A stretch of 64,000 bases of DNA from Candidatus Obscuribacterales bacterium (GCA_965228855.1 CBDDIJ010000005.1:544001-608000); one strand, 5' to 3'; shown: positions 49,357-60,179, numbered from the stretch's first letter. Made by a program: numbers and translations. The notes: generated by a model from the letters alone, not told the origin.

Positions 49357-51735
49357 CTATTGTTCAGCCTCATCCTTCCTGGCTTTGCGCAGGTACTCCC
49401 AGTCTTTGTTATATTGCTCGATCGTTTTACGAACATTGTCCTGCAAACTTGCCGGCAGCCTATCGACCATTCGCTCGTAGGTGTCCATTGTTACCTGCCG
49501 GGCGCGCTCGTCAACCTGTTTTCCGCTGCCCTCCTGGATTAGCGCCCAATTAGCGAAACTGGCACCCATGACGCCTTTGAGACCCGCGGCATTTTGTTCC
49601 GGCGTCTGACTATACCAGCGCTCATCCAGCCGTCCCAGCCACTGACTGGGTGTAACGCGCCTGGTGGCATTGTACAGGTCGTGAACGTCGATCGGTTTGC
49701 TTACCCGATCGTTCACATCTCCCCACTGATTGTCGAGCTGAGCCATCCCGGTCTTTGGATCAAAACCGACAATTCTAACGGCATGCCCGTCTTGCATAAA
49801 ACTCTCGACACTCGACGCTCCGTCGAAAGGTGTGGCGCCGATTTGCTTCATGAGGTCGTAGAAGGGCTCCGCATTAGAGAACACCGCTAAGCCCACGGAC
49901 ATCGGCTTACCCTCAGCCTTTGCAGCGGTAAGCCGATCGATCAAATCCTGAGCGCTTGTGAAGGTGACGTCCTTCGGAGCTTTGTCGTCCCCGACGTCAT
50001 CGCTCGCTATAAACACGTTTGATTCGTCTTTACCATTCAGCAAGTATGCAGTTTCATTTATCCCCATTACGGTTGCAGCACCACCAGGGGTGCCCTTACT
50101 CTTATCGCCCATCGCTGTCTTGTTGTAATCAATCAGGCGCTCACCTGTATCGGTCGGGTCGCTTGGCTTAACTTGCGCGTAACGCGTATCGCCGGGAGGG
50201 ACCTTCCCTTCATTTTCGCGTGTATGAAAAGCATTGCCCGCGGTTACTTGAAAAATCTGCGACGCATAGGACCGCACATTCTCGCCGCGCGTCGGGTTGG
50301 TCGCACCTTCTCCGTGAGCGCGCAGATCAGCCGGCTCCATACGTACCACGGTGCCATCCGCAGCAACAAATTTGCCGGTAGTGGCTACGTCTGCGAGCAG
50401 TCTTGCGTTCATGGAAGGCTCCCGAGAATATGCTCGATTTTCCAAAACCTGCATATTACACGTGTTATGCGCCCCCTGGTTTCCGGACTCCGGATACGCG
50501 GCACCACGCATGATACCAATTGCCAGACGTGCACGCTCGCGCGAAGTCATCGGCTGGCCCGGACCGCCAGCCTCCAGAATGCGAGAGACCTCAGCGAAGG
50601 TTTGAGCGACTTCGCTCTCCGGCAATCCATTGCGCTTCGCCGTCTTAATGAACTCCTGCATGTCATTTTTGAACTGCTCGCGTTCATTCTTGAGTCCAAG
50701 ACCTTTGTTGGCAAGCGCGTCTAATCGCCGCGATTCGGTATCTAAATCCTGCGCCGGCTTATGTGCCGGATCGACACGATCGTTGCTGACGATCTTGCCC
50801 TCCTTATCGAGAACAACAGTGTAATTATCTTGCGGTTTGGAACCAAAGTACTTTTTGGTTATGCCGCCATCCTCATTCGGTGAGCGCTCAAATCCGGTTC
50901 CGTCGAGATAACTGACCTTCATTTTTCCGTCGTCGGTAACTTTGTACGTGGTTCCGCGATGGTCCTTGTACAGGTCGGCACCATCTGTGGTGTATCCGGG
51001 CAGGCGCAAAATTTCGCCTTTCTGACCTTCGTACGTGTCGGCATCGCGCCCAGCCAGGAATTTTTGATTGGAGTCGACAATGTGCTGAACGTGAACGTCA
51101 ATTTCGTCCTGCGTTGCCTTGGGACCAAGATGTTTACGCGCGATGTCGTCCAGAGTCTCACCGGGCTTGACTTCATATTTCTGCGGTCGGACGTTCATCT
51201 TTAGAAATCCGCCGTCATACGATTTACCAAGCCCGAAGTCGACAGGCCCGGAGGGTGCATCCTCAACCAGATCATCTCGGTTGATCGTGATTCCGAATAG
51301 CTTCTCCGGAAAATCCTTGACCTCGGAAGCGTCTACTTCGGGAGTTGGATTGACCGCCTGCGCAACGTCGGAAGCATCCTGGCTCCCATCAGCCGGCACG
51401 ACTTCGGCCGCTTCAGCTGACTGGTCAGCAGCTCCTGCGGGCGGGATGAAAATCATATCCGGCTTCTCGCTCGGTTTAGTATCGCCCGGTCCGTCCACGA
51501 TACCGAAACCATCATCGCCCGCTGTTGCGCCCTCTTGCACTGGCTTAGCCGGAGCAATTCCAGCGTCAACATAGCTCGTCAAAGCCTGGTCGACCAGCGT
51601 GGACCGCGCGGCGCTCGAATCGGTAGCTTGATCACGAGCGTTGTCGCCGCTGGTCGTGGTCGTGTTATCGGTAGACGTTGTCGGCGGTGCCTTAACGTCC
51701 TTTTCCGGCGCAGCTTTAGCTTCGACTGTTGCCAT
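49357..51735 (-). CDS. LysM-domain protein with putative papain-like cysteine peptidase domain
   Basis: YEVKPGETLDDIARKHLG...GEILRLP (LysM); QGAHNTC, GHAVRIVGFD, DNQWG (Cys/His/Asn). Confidence 0.72.
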   Translation of the reverse strand: MATVEAKAAPEKDVKAPPTTSTDNTTTTSGDNARDQATDSSAARSTLVDQALTSYVDAGIAPAKPVQEGATAGDDGFGIVDGPGDTKPSEKPDMIFIPPAGAADQSAEAAEVVPADGSQDASDVAQAVNPTPEVDASEVKDFPEKLFGITINRDDLVEDAPSGPVDFGLGKSYDGGFLKMNVRPQKYEVKPGETLDDIARKHLGPKATQDEIDVHVQHIVDSNQKFLAGRDADTYEGQKGEILRLPGYTTDGADLYKDHRGTTYKVTDDGKMKVSYLDGTGFERSPNEDGGITKKYFGSKPQDNYTVVLDKEGKIVSNDRVDPAHKPAQDLDTESRRLDALANKGLGLKNEREQFKNDMQEFIKTAKRNGLPESEVAQTFAEVSRILEAGGPGQPMTSRERARLAIGIMRGAAYPESGNQGAHNTCNMQVLENRAYSREPSMNARLLADVATTGKFVAADGTVVRMEPADLRAHGEGATNPTRGENVRSYASQIFQVTAGNAFHTRENEGKVPPGDTRYAQVKPSDPTDTGERLIDYNKTAMGDKSKGTPGGAATVMGINETAYLLNGKDESNVFIASDDVGDDKAPKDVTFTSAQDLIDRLTAAKAEGKPMSVGLAVFSNAEPFYDLMKQIGATPFDGASSVESFMQDGHAVRIVGFDPKTGMAQLDNQWGDVNDRVSKPIDVHDLYNATRRVTPSQWLGRLDERWYSQTPEQNAAGLKGVMGASFANWALIQEGSGKQVDERARQVTMDTYERMVDRLPASLQDNVRKTIEQYNKDWEYLRKARKDEAEQ

Positions 51736-51843
51736 GTGATAGCGATTCCACAGATCTGCTTTCCCGGATCTTTAATACCCAATATCTCGATGTTTTAGAC
51801 CCTGGCGGTCGTAGGATTCGAACCGTATTGAAGCCCGCGACGC

Positions 51844-54800
51844 TTAGACCTCATGGTCCGGCAGTTCAACCGGATATTCGCCTTCATGCTCACCATGGTC
51901 GCTGTTTTTGTTAAACAGCAAATAAATGGCAGGCAAAACCAGCATGGTCATAAACGTTGCAGTTAGTAGACCTCCAAACACAACAGTCGCTAGTGGTCTT
52001 TGAATCTCAGCTCCCGTGCCGTCGGAAAACAGCTTGGGAATTAAACCCATCATCGCCACCATCGCAGTCATTATTACTGGTCGCAGACGCACAGCAGCGC
52101 CTTCGCGAATGGCTTTCGCAGTAGCAACACCCTGTCGCTCCAGCTGCATGATGTATGAAACCAGAATAACGCCATTCTGTACCGCCACACCGAAGAGTGC
52201 AACAAAACCGATGATGGCAGGAACCGAAACAGGCTGGTGTGATATAAACAGCGCAATGATACCGCCTATAGTGGCAAACGGCACGTTGAGCATAATAATC
52301 GCCGCGTTTTTGAATGAATGGAATGTGAGAAACAGAAGTACGAAGATCAGGAATAGAACGATAGGAACGACAATTGCCAGTCGAGCCATTGCGCGCTGCT
52401 GGTTATCAAATTGCCCACCCCAGACAATGGAATACCCTGGTGGCAAATGCACCTTTTCCTTGACGCTCTTCTGCGCGTCTTGAACCCAGCTCCCCAGATC
52501 GCGTCCACGAATGTTCACCATTACAGCACTTCTGCGTTGGCCGTCTTCACGCATAATGAGAAGCGCACCACGCTCGGTATCAATATCGGCAAGTCGCTGC
52601 AGATTTAATTGAACGCCATCAGGAGCGTCCACTGCGATGTGCTGAATGTCCGATTCTGTTCTTCTCTGGCGCATGGGAAAACGAACCAGTACACCAAACC
52701 GCCGACTACCCTCGATCACTTCCGTCACGACCTTTCCGGCCAAAGCGGTTTGAATAATGTCCTGCACGTCGCCGACCTGCAGACCATGACGAGCCAATTC
52801 ATCACGCTTCAACTCTATCTTTAATTGCGGAGCACCAAGAATCGGTTCTCGTGTAACGTCACCGGTACCTTTGACTTGCCTCACACAAACGCTGACTTCA
52901 TCGGCAATTCGACTCAATGTTTTGAGATCTTCCCCGAAGATCTTGATGCCGACGTCAGCTTTGATACCGGTGATCAAATCGTCGATCATGTCGGCAATCG
53001 GTTGCGAGAAACTGAACATCATACCTGGAATGGACGCGCACTCTTTTGCCATACGTTCTACAAGATGCTCTTTGTTGCGGTCCTTCCACTCGGACTTGGG
53101 CTTTAAACCGATAAACATGTCAGCTGCATCTACGCCCTCAATGTCAGAACCCATTCCGGAGCGCCCAACTCTTGTCGCCAGAATTGAAACTTCAGGGAAC
53201 TTGACGAGCATATTCTCCACAATCTTTGTAAATTCAATTGTGCGCGTATGCGAAATACTGGGAGGCATGCGCAGACGAAGCCAGATCGAGCCTTCGTCAA
53301 TACTTGGAATAAACTCGGAACCTAAAAACGGAATCAAACAAGCACTGAGGACTACCGCAATAGTGGAAACGAAGATAATCGGTTTGGGTTTATTCAGAAC
53401 CTTATCGAGCGCCGGAGAATATGTCTTCTTAATCGCTTCGAGCATCGGGTTATGACGCTCGACCACCCGCTTTTTCAAAAACCAATAACAAAGTGTTGGA
53501 ATAATCAGAAGCGCGCAACCAAGCGCTCCCATGAGAGCGTAGATGAACGTTAACGCGAGAGGATGGAACATCTTGCCTTCCACACCCTCGAGCGCAAACA
53601 GAGGCAAGTAAACAGCCACGATGATCATCATGGCAAAAGTGATTGGGCGTCCGACCTCCTTGGCAGCAGCCGTTATAACAGCAAGTGTATCGATTTGCTT
53701 TTCGCCGTGCCGCTCGTGGGCGAGCGACAATTTCCGAAAGATATTCTCCACCATCACGACCCCGGCATCGACAACGACGCCGAAATCGACTGCTCCAAGC
53801 GTCATCAGGTTGGCAGACAGACCTGTAAACTTCATGAGCATGAAGCTGAACAGAAGAGAAAGTGGTATCACCACTGCCACTATAAGCGATACCGGAATGT
53901 CCATCAAAATCGCGGACAAAATGACTATTACAAGCCCGCCGCTAAATAGCAGAATCTCCTTGACGGTATCCGCTGTTTTGTCGACCAGCTCTTTTTGATT
54001 GTAGAAGGGCTCAATTTTCACTCCTGGAGGAAGTGTAGATTTGATCTGCTTGATTCGCTGCTCGACACGAGTGACAACATCTTTGGTATTCGCGCCTTTG
54101 CGAGACATGACAATTCCTATAATTGCCTCGCCCTTACCATTCATCGAAGCGGAACCACGACGGAATGCCGGACCAACCTCCACACTGGCGACAGCACTCA
54201 ACAGAACGGGCACACCGTGCTCTTCTTTGAGAACGATATCGCGAATGTCCTGGGTCGTGTGAATGCGACCTAAACCGCGAATAATTACTTCTTCGTCTCC
54301 AACCTCGATAAAGTTTCCGCCGGCATTTATATTGCTGTTGCCGATGATTTCCAGCACATCATGGAGCCGTAAGCCGAAAGCACGGAGCTTATACTGGTCT
54401 ACGTATACTTGGTATTGTTTCACCCAACCGCCATAACTGACGACGTTTCCAACGCCTGGAACGGCGAGTAATCTCTTTGCGATCACCCAGTCCTGGAGTG
54501 TTCTCAAGTCGATTGGATCCATAGTGTCACTGGACACGTGATACATGAAAACCTGACTGAAGCTCGATACCACAGGACCAAGCAAGGGCTGCGGAACATC
54601 CTTCGACAGATTCAAACTGGTAAGCCGCTGCTGAACAAGTTGGCGAGCAAAATATACATCGCAGCTGTCTTCGAAAATAGCTGTGACAACAGACAGGCCG
54701 AATTCGGAACTGGACCTGACCTGTTTGATAAACGGCAATCCATTTAACGCATACTCAATCGGCACAGTTACGAGAGATTCGACTTCTTCGGCAGCCATGC

Positions 54801-54963
54801 TCTCGGGCTCGGTAATGATTTGAACCTGTACGTTACTCACGTCAGGGAAAGAGTCGGTTGGAATTGTAAAAACCGAATGCAAGCCTAAAGCAACAACGGC
54901 AACGACAATCATGAGCGTCACAGCGCGGTTGTTGAGCGCAAATTCAATAAGTTTGTCAATCAT
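51844..54963 (-). CDS. CusA/CzcA family heavy-metal RND permease
   Basis: DSFPDVSNVQVQI, LRTLQDWVI, SANLMTLGAVDFGVVVDAGVVMVEN, GVEGKMFHPLA, GAEIQRPLATVV. Confidence 0.95.
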   Translation of the reverse strand: MIDKLIEFALNNRAVTLMIVVAVVALGLHSVFTIPTDSFPDVSNVQVQIITEPESMAAEEVESLVTVPIEYALNGLPFIKQVRSSSEFGLSVVTAIFEDSCDVYFARQLVQQRLTSLNLSKDVPQPLLGPVVSSFSQVFMYHVSSDTMDPIDLRTLQDWVIAKRLLAVPGVGNVVSYGGWVKQYQVYVDQYKLRAFGLRLHDVLEIIGNSNINAGGNFIEVGDEEVIIRGLGRIHTTQDIRDIVLKEEHGVPVLLSAVASVEVGPAFRRGSASMNGKGEAIIGIVMSRKGANTKDVVTRVEQRIKQIKSTLPPGVKIEPFYNQKELVDKTADTVKEILLFSGGLVIVILSAILMDIPVSLIVAVVIPLSLLFSFMLMKFTGLSANLMTLGAVDFGVVVDAGVVMVENIFRKLSLAHERHGEKQIDTLAVITAAAKEVGRPITFAMMIIVAVYLPLFALEGVEGKMFHPLALTFIYALMGALGCALLIIPTLCYWFLKKRVVERHNPMLEAIKKTYSPALDKVLNKPKPIIFVSTIAVVLSACLIPFLGSEFIPSIDEGSIWLRLRMPPSISHTRTIEFTKIVENMLVKFPEVSILATRVGRSGMGSDIEGVDAADMFIGLKPKSEWKDRNKEHLVERMAKECASIPGMMFSFSQPIADMIDDLITGIKADVGIKIFGEDLKTLSRIADEVSVCVRQVKGTGDVTREPILGAPQLKIELKRDELARHGLQVGDVQDIIQTALAGKVVTEVIEGSRRFGVLVRFPMRQRRTESDIQHIAVDAPDGVQLNLQRLADIDTERGALLIMREDGQRRSAVMVNIRGRDLGSWVQDAQKSVKEKVHLPPGYSIVWGGQFDNQQRAMARLAIVVPIVLFLIFVLLFLTFHSFKNAAIIMLNVPFATIGGIIALFISHQPVSVPAIIGFVALFGVAVQNGVILVSYIMQLERQGVATAKAIREGAAVRLRPVIMTAMVAMMGLIPKLFSDGTGAEIQRPLATVVFGGLLTATFMTMLVLPAIYLLFNKNSDHGEHEGEYPVELPDHEV

Positions 54964-55206
54964 TTCAGTTTCACAGTTTCAATTTCGGTTCTGGAGCGGA
55001 CCTGAAGAACGGGCTTAAACGGTTGAGCTCATAGAGCGCGACCGTTCTATCAATTCAATAACTCAGCCGTGCAACGTCCGACCGTTCAACGCATGCTACA
55101 GAGGGGATGCGTGCTTCTTCGTGCGAAGAAAACTTTCACGCGCAAAAGTCTCCGAATGCAAATCGTTTCAAAAGTCAGATTGCGACTGAGGTACGAGCCG
55201 GGTCCC

Positions 55207-55560
55207 TCAGCACAAGAAGGCCTGATGCACCAGCCATAAACCTTTATCGCGTTTCATCGCCACCGCATGGTCACCGTTGAAACTTAACGGATGAAGCGGA
55301 GCATGCTCGGTGAATTCGAGCGTCCAGGTGTGAAGAATAGAAAAAAGTTCAGCACCGTTCATAAGCGGCAGCGTCTGCGCAAGCTCAAGTCCATTCGGAG
55401 AGAGGAACGGATCGAGCGGCACTATATCTTCCAAGCTGATATCGTCCAAGTTATCAAAATCACCTGGACAGGCAATTATTTGAAGTCCGCCGTACATCGA
55501 GATGTACTGCGTGAAAAGGAACAAAGCTAAGATAGTAAGGCTTGCTAGCGACCGGCGCAT
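55207..55560 (-). CDS. Small signal/TM-bearing His-rich protein upstream of czcA (CzcI/leader-like)
   Basis: 117 aa; GGAG RBS; hydrophobic N-terminus, acidic middle, His-rich C-terminus ending LWLVHQAFLC. Confidence 0.6.
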   Translation of the reverse strand: MRRSLASLTILALFLFTQYISMYGGLQIIACPGDFDNLDDISLEDIVPLDPFLSPNGLELAQTLPLMNGAELFSILHTWTLEFTEHAPLHPLSFNGDHAVAMKRDKGLWLVHQAFLC

Positions 55561-55751
55561 GTTAGAACTCCTACCTAATAACCTATCATACCGACGTAGG
55601 CTTTACCGACTTCAAAAATTTTTTTGTGTGAAATTCATTTGATGGCCATTCGTTCAGGGTCTGAAAATCCTCTTTCAGCATCGCTTTGCAAGTCATGCTT
55701 TCCCCAGACTGACGCAACAGTTTTTTATTTCAAGCATGCTCACTGGGTATA

Positions 55752-57488
55752 TTGAGCGAGGAGAACCGGAACCAAATGAACGACGAAGCTTCCTCGAACA
55801 GACAATGGATATCCTCGCTCAGTGAGGGCGGAGTTGGCTTTAAGGTTTGGGACAGCACGTGCGATCTCGAGCTGGATGACGAATACGATTCCAAACTTAT
55901 CCGCGATTTTGATGGTGAACTGCTTGCACTCACACCGCTGCCAGTGGCTCCCAAAGTCTCCGACGATCCATTTGCGGAACTGAAAACATCTCCGCGCACC
56001 CAGCTAGTTCGCTATCTCACGCCGGAAGAAGAGATGGAAGCACTCCAGCTCGATCTGAATGATGGCGAAAATGAGATGCCGGAATCGGCTTCAAAAAATT
56101 CGCCGGTTATTCCCACCTCTCCGGATTCTTCATCGCAAGAAGTTGAACCTGCAGCACAACATGTTCAAGAACAATCAATGCCTCGGGTTACAAGAGAAGG
56201 TCTTGGCTGGGAATCAAAACGACAGAATCCTTATGTGGAAACCATGGACGGTGTCGGCATCGGACAAGTAAATGCACCAGGATCAGACGTTCAATCACAA
56301 CGCAAAAAGCAGAAACCTGTGATCGTTATAGACAATCGATTCCAGGTCGTGTCTCAACTTGGCAAAGGTGTGATGTGCAACGTTTACAAAGTGAAGGAGT
56401 TGGAAACCGGCACGATGATGGTCCTTAAGATGCTTCCAAGCGAAGCATGGAGTGATCAGGAAAAGATTCTTCGGGCCCGATCGGAAGCGCAGATTATCAC
56501 GCAGTTGCAGCACGAAAATCTAATTCCGTTTCGTCGATTCGACGCGACGGCAGATGGTAAGCCATTTATTCTCATGGACTATCTGCATGGTATCACTCTG
56601 CTTCGGGCAATCAAAGCAACCGATGGTCTTCCATTGCCGCGTGTCGTTCAAGTTATGGAACAACTGTGCCGTGGTCTGGCAGCCGCGCATAATGCCGGTG
56701 TCGCTCATCGCGATATCCGCCCGGACAACATAATGTTCCTCTCGAAAAAAGGCGATTACAATTTGAAGATTGTAGATTTCGGCTTAGCCAAGCTAGTTTC
56801 AGAAGGCGTCGAACCGTTGAAAATACTTGAGGCTACCGGCGAGATTTTCGGTAATCCGCCTTACATGTCGCCGGAAGAATGCCGTGGAGGTATTACGGAT
56901 ACTCGTTCCGACATCTACTCGATCGGGTGCGTCACGTACACTGCGATGACAGGACAACCGCCGTTTTCAGGTTCCAATTCGCAGGAGACTCTGAAGCGGC
57001 AGATCCAAGAGGACCTATTGCCTCCAACCCGAGTGAAGAAAAACCTGGCAAGTTCAAAGCACGCGGGCTGGGTCGCAGTTACCGATCTCGAATACATTGT
57101 GATGAAATGCCTGGAGAAGAATCCCAACGATCGCTATCAAAAAGTCGAAGAGATTTTGATCGATTTGGACAAACTTCGAAAGTCAATACCGCTCCAACAA
57201 ACTCAAACGAAACGCGCATCCGGTCTCCGCAAAGCGGAATTGCAGAAGTCTGAAGACGCCTCCGGTAAACGGTTCAGTCCTGTCATTGTCGCAGTCATCG
57301 CGCTTGTGCTGGTCGCACTCGCGGGGCTGGGCTTCGCGCTAATGGCGAAACCTGCACCGGATACGGTATCAAGGGAATCCGAGAACGCGGACATTCCGCC
57401 ACAAAAAATGCTGCTACCGCCAGCCCCGAAGGCAAGCGAAGACGCAAAACATATTAAAGTTGCGCCGACTCCACCTCAGGAACTATAA
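55752..57488 (+). CDS. Membrane-anchored Ser/Thr kinase with acidic N-terminal extension
   Basis: LGKGVMCNVY, VLK, HRDIRPDN, DFG, GNPPYMSPE; C-terminal TM; start may be ATG at 55776. Confidence 0.88.
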   Translation: MSEENRNQMNDEASSNRQWISSLSEGGVGFKVWDSTCDLELDDEYDSKLIRDFDGELLALTPLPVAPKVSDDPFAELKTSPRTQLVRYLTPEEEMEALQLDLNDGENEMPESASKNSPVIPTSPDSSSQEVEPAAQHVQEQSMPRVTREGLGWESKRQNPYVETMDGVGIGQVNAPGSDVQSQRKKQKPVIVIDNRFQVVSQLGKGVMCNVYKVKELETGTMMVLKMLPSEAWSDQEKILRARSEAQIITQLQHENLIPFRRFDATADGKPFILMDYLHGITLLRAIKATDGLPLPRVVQVMEQLCRGLAAAHNAGVAHRDIRPDNIMFLSKKGDYNLKIVDFGLAKLVSEGVEPLKILEATGEIFGNPPYMSPEECRGGITDTRSDIYSIGCVTYTAMTGQPPFSGSNSQETLKRQIQEDLLPPTRVKKNLASSKHAGWVAVTDLEYIVMKCLEKNPNDRYQKVEEILIDLDKLRKSIPLQQTQTKRASGLRKAELQKSEDASGKRFSPVIVAVIALVLVALAGLGFALMAKPAPDTVSRESENADIPPQKMLLPPAPKASEDAKHIKVAPTPPQEL

Positions 57489-58641
57489 GGGTCTCAATCG
57501 CACCCGGACACAAGGCAAGCGCTGAGAGCAGCATAACCATTAAGGCTGCCATCACGGACAGTACCATAGTGAACCGCCGTTGATTAGCATTGGTGCACGG
57601 CTCGACATTCTCCGGTGCTGTCTCCGCATCCGTTGCTGCCTGCACGGCATGGAGAAACGAGCGCAACCTCTCGGTCTCATCGATTTTCATTTGCGTCGAT
57701 AATTCCTTCATCGCATCGCGCAACTGTAGCGCGGATGAGTATCGCTTTGAAGGTGACTTGCGCAAGCACTTGCTTATGATGAAGTCTAGTTCGGCGACGA
57801 TATCACTGTCCACAGGCAGACGTGAGCGCAGACTTGGTGCGCTTTCGCGAATCTGAGCGTCAAGCGTTTCAGCGATGCTGTTTTTCGCAAAAGGAGTTGC
57901 TCCTGTTAACATTTCAAAAAGGAGGCAACCAAAAGAATAGATATCGCTGCGAGCGTCGGTGACTCGGCCCTGTGCTTGCTCGGGGCTCATGTAGAGCGGC
58001 GTTCCAAGTATCGCCTTGCATCGTCCGCCCAAGAGTGATTCAGGTCGGTTGATACCACCGGCAAGACCAAAATCGACAACCTTCGCAAGAGGCTTACCAT
58101 CGTCTCCCCAAGTTATCATTACATTTTGCGCCTTTAAATCTCGATGGACGACACCACGCGCATGGGCATGCTCAAGGGCAGAAAGGATTTGAACCGAGAT
58201 ATCGAGCGCAAGTTCAAAATTAAGCGGTCCCCGCTCTTCGATTAGTTCTTTAAGAGATGTCCCTTGCAACAACTCCATGACCATATACGGCTTGCCGCAC
58301 TGGCTGAGCCCGAAATCCAGCACCACCGGAAGATTTTGCATCCGAAAAGCAGACAAAACTTTCGCTTCATGCTGAAACGTGCGCACACTGACCAGATCAT
58401 TGTGTTCGGACTTGATGAATTTGATAGCCACAAAGCGATCGAGGAAGCTATCATGAGCCTTCAAGACAACACTCTTGGCACCTTGTCCTATGCGATCGAA
58501 ATCGGAATACCGAGATGGTAATGTTATGCCTCCAGCAAAAGCCGGAGCCATCTTGCCCGCGCAATTGAGCATGCTGCAAGCGCCTCTTAAAAAATTTCCC
58601 CACACAGGAGTGTGTATTCGCACACCGAAATTTCTGGACAC
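57454..58641 (-). CDS. Ser/Thr protein kinase with C-terminal TM anchor
   Basis: VAIK, HRDLKAQN, DFG, GTPLYMSPE, DIYSFG; start uncertain (may be downstream); 35-bp convergent overlap with the previous kinase. Confidence 0.88.
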   Translation of the reverse strand: MSRNFGVRIHTPVWGNFLRGACSMLNCAGKMAPAFAGGITLPSRYSDFDRIGQGAKSVVLKAHDSFLDRFVAIKFIKSEHNDLVSVRTFQHEAKVLSAFRMQNLPVVLDFGLSQCGKPYMVMELLQGTSLKELIEERGPLNFELALDISVQILSALEHAHARGVVHRDLKAQNVMITWGDDGKPLAKVVDFGLAGGINRPESLLGGRCKAILGTPLYMSPEQAQGRVTDARSDIYSFGCLLFEMLTGATPFAKNSIAETLDAQIRESAPSLRSRLPVDSDIVAELDFIISKCLRKSPSKRYSSALQLRDAMKELSTQMKIDETERLRSFLHAVQAATDAETAPENVEPCTNANQRRFTMVLSVMAALMVMLLSALALCPGAIETLIVPEVESAQL

Positions 58642-58781
58642 CTCGCTTCAATTTCTCTCATTAATTCAGGAATCGATCCACAATGTCCGGCAGCAAGCGA
58701 GTTTCGAAACGGCAATTCACGCTGCAAACGGGATACAATTAACGGTCGAGTATACGCATAAAAAACGGACTAACCACAGTC

Positions 58782-60179
58782 ATGAATCTTCGCGCAGATG
58801 TAATCAGCCCACTTGATATGTTCAAGATCGGCATTGGTCCATCGAGTTCACACACAGTAGGACCGATGGTTGCCGCATATGAATTTCGCAATTCAATCAA
58901 GGAGGATCTGAAGAACACAAGTAACAACTCTAAGTGGCACATCACAGTGGAGCTTTATGGAAGCCTGTCAGCGACAGGCAAAGGACACGCTACGGATGGA
59001 GCTGTTTGTGCCGGGCTCGTAGGCATGATTCCGAAGGATGCAGATCCGGACAAAGTCTGGCAAGTGAAGCCGGATCTGGATGCGAATCCAATCGTGGTGA
59101 TAGACGGAAGCGAAATCGGTTTCAAACCGGAAAGTGACATCAAGTTTTTGGGATGGATGATTGATAACCAGGGTCTGCCGCATCCAAATACCATGCGCTT
59201 TACTTTGAAGAACGGCGATGAAACAGTGCGTGAGGATATGTGGCTCTCCGTTGGGGGCGGTTTCGTCGAAAGATACGATACGCAGGCTGGCAAGCGCATA
59301 TCGACCAACCAATGGCACAACGACGCCGAACTGCCGTACCCATACGACACAGCCCACGAATACATCGAACAATGCAATAGAAGTGGCTTACCGCCCTGGC
59401 AGGTGGTGATTGCAAATCAAGAGGCGCGTGGTCTAAGCGAGAAGGAATTACGTTTAAAACTTGGTGAAATTCTTGACGTAATGGAAGGGTGTATCGAGCG
59501 TGGTCTGCATGCGGAAGGTATTCTTCCAGGTGGGTTGAACGTTCGTCGTCGCGCCAAAAGTCTGTATGAAAAACTGCAATCAGGCTCGCCACCCGCCTGG
59601 GCAGGCAACGATCTGCGACCGTCGGTTTACGCAATGGCGGTCAACGAAGAAAATGCGGCAGGCGGAAAAGTGGTGACCGCTCCGACGAATGGCTCATCGG
59701 GACTGATTCCTTCTGTGTGGAGGACGTTAAAAGAGACACACGACTTCTCCCGAGAGACAATGGAAAACGGCTTGATCGTCGCGTCAGTCATAGGGGCGCT
59801 CGTCAAGGTTCACGCATCGATCAGCGGCGCCGAGGTCGGATGCCAGGGCGAGGTAGGTACCTCGTGCGCAATGGCAGCCGCAGGAGCGGTGGCGATGCTG
59901 AACGGATCGGTAAACCAGATCGAGCAAGCGGCCGAAATTGGCATTGAGCACCACCTGGGGATGACTTGCGATCCGATTATGGGTTTAGTCCAGGTACCCT
60001 GCATCGAGAGAAATGCGATGGGCGCCGTCAAAGCATTGAACGCCGCTGCACTTTCGCTTGCATCTGACGGCAACCACCTCATAAGTCTGGATAAAGCGTT
60101 ATCGGTCATGAAACAGACCGGTCTGGATATGAACGAGAAGTATAAGGAAACCTCTACCGGTGGGCTGGCTCTGGGCTAG
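58782..60179 (+). CDS. sdaA: L-serine ammonia-lyase, Fe-S dependent, single chain
   Basis: [74 protein letters not shown]. Confidence 0.95.
   Translation: MNLRADVISPLDMFKIGIGPSSSHTVGPMVAAYEFRNSIKEDLKNTSNNSKWHITVELYGSLSATGKGHATDGAVCAGLVGMIPKDADPDKVWQVKPDLDANPIVVIDGSEIGFKPESDIKFLGWMIDNQGLPHPNTMRFTLKNGDETVREDMWLSVGGGFVERYDTQAGKRISTNQWHNDAELPYPYDTAHEYIEQCNRSGLPPWQVVIANQEARGLSEKELRLKLGEILDVMEGCIERGLHAEGILPGGLNVRRRAKSLYEKLQSGSPPAWAGNDLRPSVYAMAVNEENAAGGKVVTAPTNGSSGLIPSVWRTLKETHDFSRETMENGLIVASVIGALVKVHASISGAEVGCQGEVGTSCAMAAAGAVAMLNGSVNQIEQAAEIGIEHHLGMTCDPIMGLVQVPCIERNAMGAVKALNAAALSLASDGNHLISLDKALSVMKQTGLDMNEKYKETSTGGLALG

Noticed and set aside
51803..51860. tRNA-like text on the minus strand (GGTCTAAGCG...CTTCAA...GGTTCGAATCCTACGACCGCCA), suggesting tRNA-Sec or an att remnant
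   Set aside because: No cloverleaf: the T-stem 5' side and acceptor 5' strand do not pair, the 5' part overlaps the czcA stop, and no integrase is nearby; at most a 22-nt 3'-end-like fragment
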